Shown here one piece after another: positions 1-13,326 of a DNA stretch of 64,000 nt (position 1 is its first letter; each line of letters opens with the position of its first letter). Below the pieces are notes generated by a model, which searched no databases, was not told the origin of the DNA, and was given only the letters and a program-made list of their open reading frames with translations. Origin of the DNA: Adineta vaga (taxonomy: Eukaryota; Animalia; Rotifera); NCBI GenBank assembly GCA_021613535.1, contig CP075494.1:16244001-16308000 (forward strand), read 5' to 3'. The translations under genes and the position numbers were made by a program.

Positions 1-1769
1 AGTAATACATTTGTTGAAAATATTATCTCACGAATGAAACATTTATTCGATGATAAATGAAATCGATTGTCAGCAAAATTTGTTAGATCTCAATTAAAAA
101 CTCCTTTCAATTGTTTCTTATTGAGTAAAGAAGTTTGAATTCGAATCTTTTCATCGAAACCAAAATTGCTCAAGTTTATTTAGTCTAATGAAAACAAATT
201 GTTGAAAAAATGTGTTAATTTAATCTTGGAAGACCTTTTCGGCATTTTCCGGATTTTTTACTTTTACATCGGGCATCTCTGGTTATAGCATCATAAATAC
301 CGTCGTTAAAATTCGTAAAGTTTGTTTGTATAGTCCAATCAGATTGCAGCGTTTTATAAATCAATAAAAACTTAACGATGGTCATCAGGAAAGGGTCGAC
401 TTGTGGGTTTTCGGGGTCGAGGAACTCGAATCTAATGTTAATTTAAGGTGAGTCATTATTTGTGACCTATTTTGCTCCGTCTCTCCCAAGAAATTCAATA
501 TTTGACGGATTTTTGTTCAAATTCGATCAAAAGTTATCGATAATAATGAATTTGAACCTGATACTATTTACGACTTCCGACGTACAGTATTTAGTAATAA
601 CTCCATAAAAAGCTGTAGTTCAATTAATCGGGAAAATATATACGAGACTTACATCAATTTTGAATAAATAAATTTGCGTCACCGAATACTAGACGTTAGA
701 TCATCTGATATAGTTTTCCGAGAAATATGTGGATAAAAATTGAATGAATGCTTGTGGTTTTATTGTTGGCTCTAGCTAGGCATTAAAAATAGAAGTAACA
801 TTCCAGACATGAGAAAAACTAGTCTAGTCGAATATTCTCTAGTTCTAGCGACTCATAAAATAGTACCTCGTCTATTTAGGTTCTTTCCGAGAATCATAGT
901 AATACAAAGTCAGTGCCTTTTGAAGAAAAGACCAAAGGAAATTCACTTATTTGTTTTGAAACTGAATCAAAAGTAGACGAAACAATGAAGGCGTTCATGT
1001 TAACGGCTAGACGTTGATTTAGAGAGTGATACTTCAGAATATGGATTTGAATGACTTTCACGTGGTTTGGACGTTTCTTCGGAGGCACTTAATCGATGAT
1101 CTGCGAGAACGAATCTGACAAAGTTCTGTTTCCTGGAAATGAAAAGGAGAATGAAATATACAGTAGAAACAACGCGATCAGATCCATGAATATTTATAAA
1201 CAATACTTGTTTTTGATCTTCTCTTTCTGTAAACGATTTAATGATAACATGAAATGGTGAAAAGATGAAAAACACTTGTAAAAAGCTTTTATGTGTAATA
1301 AGTGCTCCTGGTCATAATGTTTGATGGATAAACACTTAGACTGTGTTACTCATAAATATAATTTGTAAGCAGAGTCATATATGTGACGAAGTTTGAATTA
1401 CAACGAATGGTAACCAAAATAAAACTATTCCTATCTATTTCTGTGTGAAGTATAATCGCATATAGATAATATTCTTATTCTATGGGGGAAACTCTAGATG
1501 AAGTTTCGTGATTTATTTTCGAAATGATATCAAATAGCTGAATGCGTATTTATATTCGAATTCAAATTAGGCAGCTCATGTGCTTTTCACACATTACCGG
1601 TAAGGTTTCTTTTTTTTATCAAATGATAAACCATTTGGATAAGTCAATTGATATGATTCATTTCCACCAGCAATAATTTCATCTTGTGAACAACCTTTAC
1701 ACCAACGCATAATTCGATGATTCATGTTATCTGAAAAATAGATTCGTTCTAATTCATCTACAACAACAC

Positions 1770-1827
1770 CTCGAGAGTGTGGGTGTGGATGATTAGCTAG
1801 TCCTTACCCCACACCCACGTCTTCAGG
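1770..1827. repeat. Intergenic palindromic element (TGAGGG/TGTGGG-arm family), copy 1
   Basis: ctcgagagtgtgggtgtgg - spacer - ccacacccacgtcttcagg; imperfect inverted arms. Confidence 0.75.
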
Positions 1828-2689
1828 AGAGACCGAAATAGAGAGTCATCTGGATGAATTTCACCCAAGTCATCTTTGTGGTAGTTAAACCAATAGGAAA
1901 ATCGCATTTCGGAACATTCTGAATGTGATAGAATGCACGGAAATACCGGATATTAGAATGGAATTTTCATTCCTTGTACTGACATCTATTCAATAATGAA
2001 ATTATCGGATAAGAAGCATTTACAGATTTTAATTTCCAATAGATGAGTTAGAAATAGATTTTGGATATATATAATAATAATTCAGAATGTACGAGAAGGA
2101 CGAGGGTAATACAATGATTTTATTTGTCATTGTATTCAGTCAAAGAAAAGTTTTATTTCTATAATACTTTCTGATGACAATATGGATACTTCTAAACCAA
2201 TCTGATCTGTTCTTTTTCTTATATGAAAATCGCACAGTTTAGTCGATTACAATCAACAACGAGATTTTCGATTGAGACAAACTAAAAGAATTACATAGAT
2301 TTTTGTTCAATATTCATGCAGTTGATTTCTATAATTATTCATTGGTTCACTATTATATTCAACTCGATATAATCCGATGAAAACCAGTTTTGCTTATTAA
2401 TTCATCGATCATACTTCGATGTTTTGAAAAAATTCTACAGATCTATGTTGTTTCACTTCTAAATTTCTTTCGTACAGGACGAAAAGAAAATAGAATACAG
2501 ATGAGATTTATTTTGTCATTGTTTTATAAAAACAGAACTAATCGTCAAATAGTGAATATTGGAATTATTTGTGTTTGATCATCATTACGAATAAAAGACA
2601 GTTTATAAGATCCAGGATTCATCTAATATGGGAGAGAGTTAAGTGAAATCAAAAAATTTTCGAATAAATTTGTCAATATTGATCTATTG

Positions 2690-3759
2690 AAAAACTTCTA
2701 AGACAATATAAACAACTTGCTCGAATTTTTTCATAACATTTCTCTCTTGTTAATCGATTCATTATCACTATAAGGTGCAATCATCAGTTGTACCTAACTG
2801 TTGAAAAGGAATATATTTTGCTGCTTGAAGAATTCGATCTCGTACTTGTATTGGTGTTTCAATACATAAATTTCTTTGGTTAATTACACCAATAAAAACT
2901 TGATGATGGCGTTTAAGAAGTTTTTCTTCCAATAAGAGAAAGAATTGTTTCCAAATCTTTTTCAGTTGTCATTTGTAAATAAAAATTGTTTAAATGTAAT
3001 TGAAATACTTCAGTTAAAGCTCTTCTATGATCAAAATTTGAAGAATGAGTACTTCCTCTATCATTACCTAAACAAAACAAAAAATAATAAAGATTAAATT
3101 TAATTAAAATAAAGAATTATTTTAGAAACCTGAACAAATATGTACACATAATTTCTATTTTTCTTCATCATTAAATCGATCTAACATTGGATTATTGATT
3201 TCAATAAAGTCTTCAAGTAAATTTCCTGTTGGATTCATTTTTAATCATAATCTACATTTAGCAAAATCTAGTTAAACTTTCTCTGCACCTGCTTCTAAAC
3301 ATTGTCGAACGTCCTTCTCTGCTTCATTACTTAAATCGTTGAGAAATTGTGCTCGTGAATAGTTTTCAATTGTTTTTCCATTATAAACAAGTGAAAAAAT
3401 AAACGAAGCAATAACAGCTTGTTTTAATGGATATAGAGTAAATTTTTGTGCTACACGAAGATATTTAACTGTATAAGTGCATGGCATAACAAAATGGTGC
3501 TTTGATTAATTGAGGTAAACAACGTTGATGACCATCAGAATAAATTATTGTTGTAATATTTTGATCATCAAATGAATAATTATGTTGAACTAAATCATAA
3601 ATCTATTTTTGAATTAATAAGATGAAAAGGAAAAAAAAGAACTTACAGGATAATTAAGAAATGAATGTTTTGCTAATTTTCTCGATCTATATGAGTTCGT
3701 TGAGCTTCGATTAATTCAGAAGAACGAGGTAATGAACCAATCAATTCTGTTGGAATCAT
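2690..3759 (-). pseudogene. Cobalamin-independent methionine synthase II (MetE C-terminal-like) pseudogene, bacterial type, with introns
   Basis: Manual translation gives MIPTELIGSLPRS, DGHQRCLPQL, PLKQAVIAS, EAEKDVRQCLEAGAEKV, IETPIQVRDRILQAAKYIPFQQLGTTDDC. Several in-frame stops and frameshifts; GT-AG introns. The 3' boundary is approximate. Confidence 0.75.
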
Positions 3760-4398
3760 TGTCTTTCAAAAAAAACGAAAACAAAGAATTTATTTCCGTT
3801 ACTATTTTTCTATTTCTTTGAAATCTAATACGTCCTCGATTTTCGTCATACAACAAAGAATATGACATGATTTCAGATCATTTATCTCATTTTTCTGCTT
3901 ATACTAAAAAAGAATATTTTCCTTTGTTTCTAAAACATTAAATAATGAAATTCGATATTTTTTTGGAATGAATTATTCAATAAGTCAGTTTCAATGCATT
4001 GTATTCGGAAAAACGTTTCAAGCACATCAAGATGAATCTCGATTAAAAAAATGACTCACACTATCAGAGATGAGCAAAATGAGTTTATGGGAAATTTGAT
4101 TTTACGGCAAATTCAAGAACATAGTCGAATTTTGGAAAATTCCAACAGAATATTCATCTCATGATCGATAATCAACGAGATAACTAATTCAATCAATCAG
4201 CTATACAATCATGCACAATCATTCATTTGAAGCACATAACGAGTGTCCCAGAAAGAATGGGTCTTTCCATATTTTGCTGACATCTTCATCAAAACTAATC
4301 CGTCTGAGACCAATTCTTTTAAAAAGATTCGTCGTTTCATCCTCTCCAAAAGCCTATATTTCCTATTTCATATCTACTTCTTCTATCTTTGATATAAA

Positions 4399-5118
4399 AT
4401 GAGAAGTAAAGATCTTCAAAACATAATTCTTCGTAAATACGAAGATGTTGATGGACCTAGCAAAATCTTTCGAGATTTATATAGTTCTTTAGGTGTGAAT
4501 ACTATCAAAAGATGATACAAAATGATCTGTGACACAGGTTCTATCAAACTATCAACACCACTAGGTGCTCCACGTTTTGCTCGAACCAGCATAACGATCA
4601 AAAAAGGCAAGCACAAACTTGATCAAAACAAGATGTTGTCAGCTAGAAGCTGGAATGAAGACTGGCATTTCCAGATCAAGTTCACATTGAATATTGACGG
4701 AAGATCTTGATATCTATGCCTACAAGATGATAATTGATCCTAAACTAACAGATGAACAAAAAAACAAACGAAAAAATTCGTTGATTGGTTTGGTAAGAAC
4801 TTTCGAAAGGAAGACACAATGCATATTTTATTTTTCATTGAAAAAATGTTTGATCTCGTTGGCATTTATAATTCCCAAAATCAGCATATTTGGGTTGCTA
4901 ATCGAGGTCAAATAGACGAAAAAGGTGGCATCAAAACGAGACAAAAATATCCCCAAAAGCTCATGGTTTGACTTGGTGTTTGCTCTAAGGATGCGACACT
5001 ATTACTCATTTTCGTTCGAGGGACAGTAGATCATGCTGCATATATCGCGAATGTTCTTCCAATTGTGTTGGAGTATGTAAATACAATCTGTGGACGTCAG
5101 TGAACATTCCAACAAGAC
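4399..5118 (+). mobile_element. Degenerate IS630/Tc1/mariner transposase fragment
   Basis: MRSKDLQNIILRKY...GSIKLSTPLGAPRFART, YNSQNQHIW, QKYPQKLMV*LGVCSK, ending at FQQD (second catalytic Asp region). Frameshifted and truncated next to the palindrome at 5120. Confidence 0.75.
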
Positions 5119-5119
5119 C

Positions 5120-5200
5120 ATCTTGAGAGTGTGGGTATGAGTTGAGACATCTCTTCTTCGCCCACGCCCACCCCCTTGCCGACACTCCACCCACACCATC
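5120..5200. repeat. Intergenic palindromic element, copy 2
   Basis: atcttgagagtgtgggt ... cccacgcccaccc ... cacccacacc. Confidence 0.7.
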
Positions 5201-5485
5201 TTTAATAAGCGTTCAGTAATAACGATAATTATTTACACAAAAGAAACAAAATCTGCTCTTTAAATAAAAACAACCTTGGAACAATTAGTAATTCTAGTTT
5301 AATGAAAAAGTTGTCAACAAAATCTCTTTTAGATGACTTTTATTTGAGAATGAAAAAATAATGAATCTTAGGTTTCTATTGAGAGTAGTGGAGAAAAACT
5401 CATGGTTAATACAATATTATATGTGAATGTGGTGAAAAATATGTATGATTAAAAGTAAAGAAAATGCTTGTTTTCCATATTTGGA

Positions 5486-6745
5486 TTAACAATAAATAAC
5501 TTTCATCGTTCTGTTGTTAAAACAAAAAAACACAATTAGTGTTTTTATCTCTGTAGAGGTTTCATTGCTCTGGTTAAATTCATTGTTGGAAAGAAACTCA
5601 CACGAGCTCCTCTTCTTTGACACAAGATGCATAAAAAACCGAAACATTTCTTGAATTCTTTGCGAAATAATGTTGAAGTTAAACAATGAACATAGAAGTT
5701 TATCTAAATAGAATCAAATCAGTTTCATTTCTCTAATACTTTATACTTACTGCATAATTAATACCCAAAAACCATGTTAAAATTACAGATAAACTTGTGA
5801 TAAATGGAATTCTCAGATCATCGGAACCTAACACCACATAAACATACAGAATACGATAGACACCAATCTGAACAGTTGTAATGAAAAATATGATGACAGT
5901 TGACAGCATGAGAAGAAATAATTGGTTTTGTAGACGATTGTTATGTCCAACTGTTTGATTTCGATTTTGACCATGGATTTGTTGTTGATGTATAGCCTTT
6001 TTTTGAAGACGTAGCTTGATAAAAATATCAACAATAAAAAATAATATTAATGCAGCAGGAACAAGACAACTGATCGATGACTATCAATGACATGAACTTA
6101 AATTAATAAATGATCAATATGAAAATATCTTACTTGTAGAATAGGCCATGTTAGATAATAAAAATTGACAAAATCATTTGGGAAACCCAACATTGGTATA
6201 CAGTCAAAATATGGCATGACAGAACCGGTCGATCCAAACAATGGTGTTAAGAACATGACATGAAGACCTATGGTGATACTGCATAGAATAACTATAGCTA
6301 TCAAAGCTTTCTTTTGAGTGCAAATAGCAGATGATTTGTATGGAAATCGTGTGCGAATCCATCGATCCATTGCAATAATGACAAGAATCCATGCTGAACA
6401 GAATTGACTCGCCTTCATAAGAAACTCACGCCAGCGACATATAAAATTGAGATCAATGCGTGTATCCAGTTGAAACTGTAAACCATAATCAATAAAATCA
6501 AAAATTAATGCAGATAAAAAGCATATATCTGAGATAGCTAAGGCAATGTATAATGTGCCAGTTGAACTCGCTCTTAGTATTGGTCGAGTAAATGTAAGTA
6601 GACTAGCACTATTGCCAGTATAACCAAGAATGAATAAACTCAGATAACCCCACGAATAAAATTTGGTAGCAAGAGGTGGAAAGAAATAGTCATTAAAGGC
6701 GATTTTATAGTGGGACTGAGGGAGCACAGCAGATGTATTTTCCAT
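5486..6745 (-). CDS. Rhodopsin-family (class A) orphan GPCR, about 3 exons
   Basis: TM1 GYTGN, LAISD, AMDRW (DRY-like) in ORF 6098-6760; further hydrophobic exons near 5830-6090 and 5486-5700. Confidence 0.8.
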
Positions 6746-9247
6746 ATTGTTGAAAAACAATTTATTTTAATTAATGATAGAATATAAAACAGTAGACGTA
6801 TATATATATATATGTTCTTTTTCTCTTTTTTCATATCGCTAGGTTATAATTCTATAAAGAGAGAAGCAGAGAAAGGAAGAAAGAGAGAGAGAAAGAAGGA
6901 GCGATCATCCATCTTTGAACATTTCTCTCAAAAAATCATTGAAAGAATTTGACCGAGTAAATATCATATATTGATATTTATGTAGTCCTTAGTGCATCAA
7001 TTCATTCTATTTTGTGAACCATACACTTCTGTTCGTTCTTTTGAATGAGACGCGTTGGCCGATAAAAATGGATAAAATATACTCAAGATATAGGCAAAAT
7101 ATTAGACATGATTCTTTTCTTTGACTTTTCAGACCCCTCGCTGTTTCAATACTTATAATTTCATTCAATTTCAGTATAGAAGTCTAAAAAATCTTTCAGA
7201 GCCTCAGTTTTGCGTGAGGAATCGAGTGACGAAAAGAATTATATATTTATTGCGACCATAAAATCGAGTTTTTCGATGGGATTATGAGACTTCTCTTAAC
7301 AGTTAGAAAATTTTAAGTTCTTTTCTTCAAATGCTCTTCATATAAACATGTCATAATTATGGCGTAAACACAGCTTAAAATGGCAAAGAAAAATTAGAAT
7401 ATAATTGTCATTCTCCTTTGTCTCGTTTTTTTTTACTTTTTTTATTTTTTCTATTTCTCCTTTTTTTTTGTTTTTTTATATTGACATGTACTGTTAGGAT
7501 CTAGCGATCACAGTTTTATCTGCATAATAAAAAAAAAAAAATTAGAATATAATTAATTTCAAATTATGATTTCTTGTAATGCTTATTCGCTCATAAAAAT
7601 TTTTTATGAAAATGAAAAATTGTAATAAGCTCTTTGCTAATGAAATATTTGTGACAGACAAACGTTCAATAAAGTGAAAATGTAAATTTAACCAAACAAA
7701 GAGATCGTTATTAACAGTGTTTTAGGGTATAATAATCTTTCAAATAATTCATTATGGATCGTTTAGGGTATCCCATCGGTAAGGTAAGGAAACAAATTCT
7801 AATTTTGAATTTTTTTCTTTTAGATCGCTATTTAGTTTTCATATTTATAGGACAGATATTAAATTTTATACGTGAAATGTAATGAAGGCAGTGAAAAGTG
7901 TTATATCCATATCTTTGTCCTTATTTTGCCCTCTATTCTTATAATCCTTTGAAAGAGTATATAAGTCATTATTTCGTATGAGAACGATGTGACATGTGGT
8001 ATGAAGAAATAAAGAAGAGCGTAGCTTCATCAACACTTGAGTCTCTTCTATCTAAAATCGTCTCATGAAACATGTAGCATCTACACAATATCATTGCATC
8101 AGAATTTGTTTCCAAAGCGCACAAATTTGAAATAATCATTGGAAAGAAAATATGTCTGATAGCTAGGCATGCACTAGCACCAAAATTCTTGGTTTCAACT
8201 GAGTTTTGAGATATTAGTAGAACATGAATATTATTATAGAATAGATATTTATCATATATTCTTACTAATTATTCTATATATTTCAATTATGTGTTGATAA
8301 TATTTAAAATATCACTTAAAAACCATCAATCAGTTCAACGTAGAAGCAGTGTGAAACTTCACTTGAATTTTGATATATATCGTCTATCTTTCATTTATAT
8401 CATCAAAATAAGTTTTTTATACAATTTATCTTACCTACTAATCCATTCTCGGATTCAATTTCATATTCACTAAATGAAAGAAGCAAATTTAGAACTAAAT
8501 TATGTATATTCTATCCTGATAAGGATGTTAATATAAGATATTATTCATTTTCTCTTATATACAAAAATTGTGTGGAGTATTAACTCACTGTGATTAAAAA
8601 GAACTATATGTTGAATGGAATTTGTTGGATAACATACAGATTATTCGTTACATATACAATCAATATTAGGATAAAATTTCAAATCGATCAAATCATTCTT
8701 GACAATCGTACCTAATTAGAGAACAATACTAGATTGAACATGATATCATTTCTTGAAATTACATGTCAAATTCTACTACACAAGTATCATTGTGATTCTA
8801 TGTAATCTTCAATATATATCACGTTTAGTTGATTATTATAAAGAGCTTATTACATAGATCATAGATCATATATCATTCGTTTATTCTGTCAATATCAATA
8901 GGTGGTTATTCGTCGTCAGAACGTGTACATAAGCAACAAAACAACACGCTCTTAATATTAGGGCGGTAAAAAATTCTTGCTTTTTTTCAAATTTCCTAGA
9001 AATTTTTTCTGTATTAAGGTTATATAAATGGGCTACACATATTTCGAACGAAAAAAATGAGAATAAACACTTAATAAATGTTTTTCGACGTCAACAGTCA
9101 ATATTTTATGTCCATATGTTCAATAAACGATCTATCTCCAAATCTTACACTTGAAATATCAGTTTTCTTTCTTTCGAAATCTTGGGTATTTCAAAAGGGT
9201 GTTCAACAGATCAGGTAATTGAACATCAGTTTGATCCTCGGTCCGAA

Positions 9248-10648
9248 ATGCCTCCGAAAAAGGGAGGTGGAGAGGTTGCCACCAGTACAAGGCGCAACCA
9301 AAGCCTCGACAATCGGCCAGTACAATTCAACACAACACAAAGAAACGGACACGTTGGCAAAAGTCCAATAGCAGCAAAGAAAAGCCAACCAAACTTTAGC
9401 ATAGCTCCTCTCATCATAGAGGGAGTGAAACTAAACAAACTGGAACTTAATGACATCTTGAAGCAACAATTCAATGATGTTAAAATTTCCGATATTCAAC
9501 TAGGACGAACAGGAATTTTTACAATTTATTCGGCTGATGTTAAATCATTTAATCGACTGTTAAACGACTTTACACTCGTTCTAACAAACAATGGTCAACA
9601 AGCAGCAAAAATTTACGTTCCTCGATCAATCCAAAGAATTACCGAAACAGAAAAGGTAGCTTTTGTCAAACGAGTCGATCTTGAAATACCAGAAAATCGA
9701 ATAACGGAGGCATTAAAGACTCTTGGTCTGGATGTCAGTACAGTTATACGATTGACTGGTAAAGATGGAAAAACTCCAACAACAACAATCAAGATTCTAT
9801 TCGGTGATGTGCAAAACAGAAATATATTTGTGCATACTGGTTTACAAGTAGAATGCATGCATTTCAAAGCTGAACCAGCATCACATAACACAAAGCCGGT
9901 GCAATGCTTTATCTGTCTAAAGTTTAACCACGTGGCAAAATACTGTAAAACAAAGCAGCAAGTATGTGCTCGTTGTGGTGACAATCATCGGCTAGATCAG
10001 TGTTCTTCTGATACAGCCAAATGCAACAACTGTAAAGGTAATCATTTAGCAACATCTAATGACTGTTCACATTATAGAGAACAAGAAAAGAGAATGCTAA
10101 ATTTGGTTAACCAATACACAAGCTCGTTCAAACCACATCCAGCAATACCAATGCTACATGATACAGAAAGTTTTCCACCGTTACCAAATCCATCACAACG
10201 TCCATTAGGTCACACACATCAAGGAGCATTGGATGACATTATAAATCTATTAAGCAAAAAGATGGAAAAGATGATTGAAGAAGCTTCAAATCGACTATTC
10301 GAGACGTTGCAACAGCAGTTCACAAAACTCGAAAAATCTTTCAGCACATCGATCATCAAAAACATAGATAAAGCTTTGACTATCTCCGACTCTGATTCAA
10401 GAGAAGAAGGTCCAGAAGACAAGCAAGTCAAAAACAAGCAGCACCATACTACAGAAACAGACAACGCAGCTAAAGCATCCAAAAACACTGCTACTAAGTC
10501 AACAACATCAAAGAAAACATCTTCATCACAACAACATAAGAAAAAGAAAGGTGAACAGGGTGAAAAGAGAACACGATCTGACATCAGCTCGTTAGATTCA
10601 TCGACATTAGACACTCAAGACACCAAAATAAGCAACCACGATGTTTAG
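9248..10648 (+). CDS. LINE ORF1 gag-like nucleic-acid-binding protein
   Basis: ATG at 9248 (MPPKKG); three zinc knuckles CFICLKFNHVAKYC, CARCGDNHRLDQC, CNNCKGNHLATSNDC. Confidence 0.9.
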   Translation: MPPKKGGGEVATSTRRNQSLDNRPVQFNTTQRNGHVGKSPIAAKKSQPNFSIAPLIIEGVKLNKLELNDILKQQFNDVKISDIQLGRTGIFTIYSADVKSFNRLLNDFTLVLTNNGQQAAKIYVPRSIQRITETEKVAFVKRVDLEIPENRITEALKTLGLDVSTVIRLTGKDGKTPTTTIKILFGDVQNRNIFVHTGLQVECMHFKAEPASHNTKPVQCFICLKFNHVAKYCKTKQQVCARCGDNHRLDQCSSDTAKCNNCKGNHLATSNDCSHYREQEKRMLNLVNQYTSSFKPHPAIPMLHDTESFPPLPNPSQRPLGHTHQGALDDIINLLSKKMEKMIEEASNRLFETLQQQFTKLEKSFSTSIIKNIDKALTISDSDSREEGPEDKQVKNKQHHTTETDNAAKASKNTATKSTTSKKTSSSQQHKKKKGEQGEKRTRSDISSLDSSTLDTQDTKISNHDV

Positions 10649-13326
10649 CTTATGTCATATCAACATAAACTCAATCATCAAACACAAAGACGAACTTCAA
10701 GCCAGATTCTCCAAATACGACATCATTTCTGTAAATGAAACTAACTTAAAGAGCGAACGACAGTTCACTCTAATGGGTTACAACATTTTCAGAAACGATC
10801 GAGTAGGACAAGCTGGTGGTGGAGTTTTACTAGCAGTCAAACAACACATCAAATGTCGAGAAATACTTAACAAAACAGTAGGTAAAAATGAAGCGATAGC
10901 AGTAGAGATTGAAACTAAAACATTCAAATCAATACTGATATCCTCCATATATGTACCTCCAAAAGCAAAGATCGACATCAACTTAATCTACGAAATATAC
11001 AACCTCAACAACAACTGTATTATAATGGGTGATCTTAATGCAACATTGTTTAACAAAGGATCACAACAAGCAAATGCTCGAGGACGACAGCTGCAAGAAT
11101 TATTCACAGAAGGTTTTATCGAATGTGTCGAGGATGATAGGCCAACATTTGAAAAGAATGATTATGAAGTCAAATTAGACTGGATTCTAGCAAGTCAACC
11201 ACTTCTTTCATTTATATCAAATGTTGAAATACATCCTACAATCGGCACGATAACCGGTCACAAACCATTAACCTTCGATATTCCAACTGGAGTTGAACCT
11301 AAACCAGCATCTCCAAGAATATCATTTAATTTCAAAGCAGCAAACTGGTCAGAATTCAGATACAAGTTAGATCAACAACTGATGTCATGGAAAAATGACC
11401 GTTCTTTAAGTTCAGCATTAGATATAGAAGAATATACGTCGTTTATTACCAATAGTATATTGGTAGCATCAAAAGAAGCCATTCCACAAAGCAAACAAAC
11501 GAATACTATCTTCGTACCAAGTGAAGTATCGAAAAGTTTGATTAAACAAAAACATCAAACATATCGAAAATGGAAGAAGACCGGGGATGTAATAGACAAA
11601 CGTCTATATTACAACTCCAAAGTCTTACTGACAAATTCACTTCGAAATGATAGAAGAAACAACTTTAACAAGTTAATGTCTTCATTATGTCATAAGAAAA
11701 TGTATTCGGACAAAGTTTGGTTGACGGTACGTAAGTTCCACAACAAACGGATCAAGCAAACCTTTACTAGCATCATGAAATACAACAACACGACAGCAAC
11801 GTCAGAAAAGGAGAAAGCAGACCTATTTGCAGATTATTTCGAAAATGAAGTCTACTCTCTTACTGCTGATACACTGCCGTTTCATGATCAAGTAACAAGT
11901 CAAGCAAACAAAGTCAAGAATGGTAATATAACCTTAACAAACACATCCAAGTGGAAGCTAGTTAAAGTAGAAGAAGTCAAATTTCATATTAGACAACTTC
12001 GAAATAGCTCCACTGGTCCAGACAACATCCACAACAGGTGTTTAAAGAATCATTCAAAATCACTTGTCCAGCATCTAACAAATCTGTTCAACGCAATTTT
12101 GAAACAAGGTTATATTCCAGCAATGTGGGAAAAGGCTAATATTATTCTTTTACTAAAGCCGAAGAAGGACAAACAACATCCATCTAGTTATCGGCCGATT
12201 AGTCTCCTTAGTTGCTTAGGCAAACTAATGGAGAAAATAATCAAACAACGACTAATGCTCGAACTAGAAAGACGAAATATACTACCACAACATCAAGCCG
12301 GATTCAGACCAGGAAAAAGCACTATATACAACATCGTGCGACTAGAAAGATATGCTGAAGGTCAACTGAGACGACCCCGTCGAAGACGTCACTCAGCTGT
12401 CATTCTTTTCGACATCAAAGCTGCCTTTGATTCGGTTTGGCACGATGGTTTGATATACAGGCTTAACGATTTACGTCTTCCCAAATACATCATTAACTAC
12501 CTGATCTCTTTTTTAAGCAATCGAACGGCTGCTATTGAAATTGAAAATATATTATCACGTCAATTCAATCTGAAGAGCGGTACACCACAAGGATCTCCGT
12601 TATCACCTCTACTATACATTATGTACACGGCAGATTCGATGAATGGAATACCGACTCATACAGAACACGGGCTTTTCGCCGACGACACTGCATTATGGAC
12701 ATCTGGCAACACCTTAACATCACTTAGATCCAGATTACAACAATCCATAAATGCATTCGAAAGTTGGTGCAAATCATGGAAATTGAAATTGCAACCAACA
12801 AAAACAGAGCTGATACATTTCAGCATACACCCAAGAAAGAATTACAAAAATCCAGTGATAGTGAAAGTCGAAAACAACATCATCAAGCCACTGGATTCTA
12901 CACGATACTTGGGTGTAATCATCGACAAAAGATTAAAATGGCGAACACATCTCGATCATATCGAAACGAAGATTGCTCCTCGGTCTTCTTAGATATTTAT
13001 CGAGGAAAGCACAAGACCCCAACAACAAGACGATGATAAATATTTTCAAATCAATAGTACGTACAGTTATCATATACGGTTATCCAATTCTCCTCACTGC
13101 TGATCAAAAAATATGGGACCGATTACAAATCATGCAAAACAAAGCAATTAGAGCTGCACTCGGTTTACCCATATATACATCAGTCAACTACATCCACAAG
13201 ATTAGCAACATCCCCAAAATCAAAGACTACGCCATTGGATTACTTAAAAAGTCCATATCAACGGCATCTTCCAACCACGACACTACACTGAAGAACCTTC
13301 TACAAGGCATATTCGACAAAGTGTAA
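10641..13326 (+). pseudogene. LINE ORF2 (AP endonuclease + reverse transcriptase), frameshifted near 12980
   Basis: APE motifs VNET, MGDLN, GHKP; RT motifs YRPISLL, QAGFR, GTPQGSPLSP, FADD, YLGV. A 5-bp deletion relative to copy 2 shifts the last ~115 aa (ORF 12973-13326). Confidence 0.9.

Noticed and set aside
380-1275. Possible TE subterminal sequence and short ORFs 894-1275
   Set aside because: No recognisable domain, TIR partner or TSD in the window.
9203-10981. Minus-strand ORFs over the LINE
   Set aside because: Antisense shadows of ORF1/ORF2 with no independent motifs.
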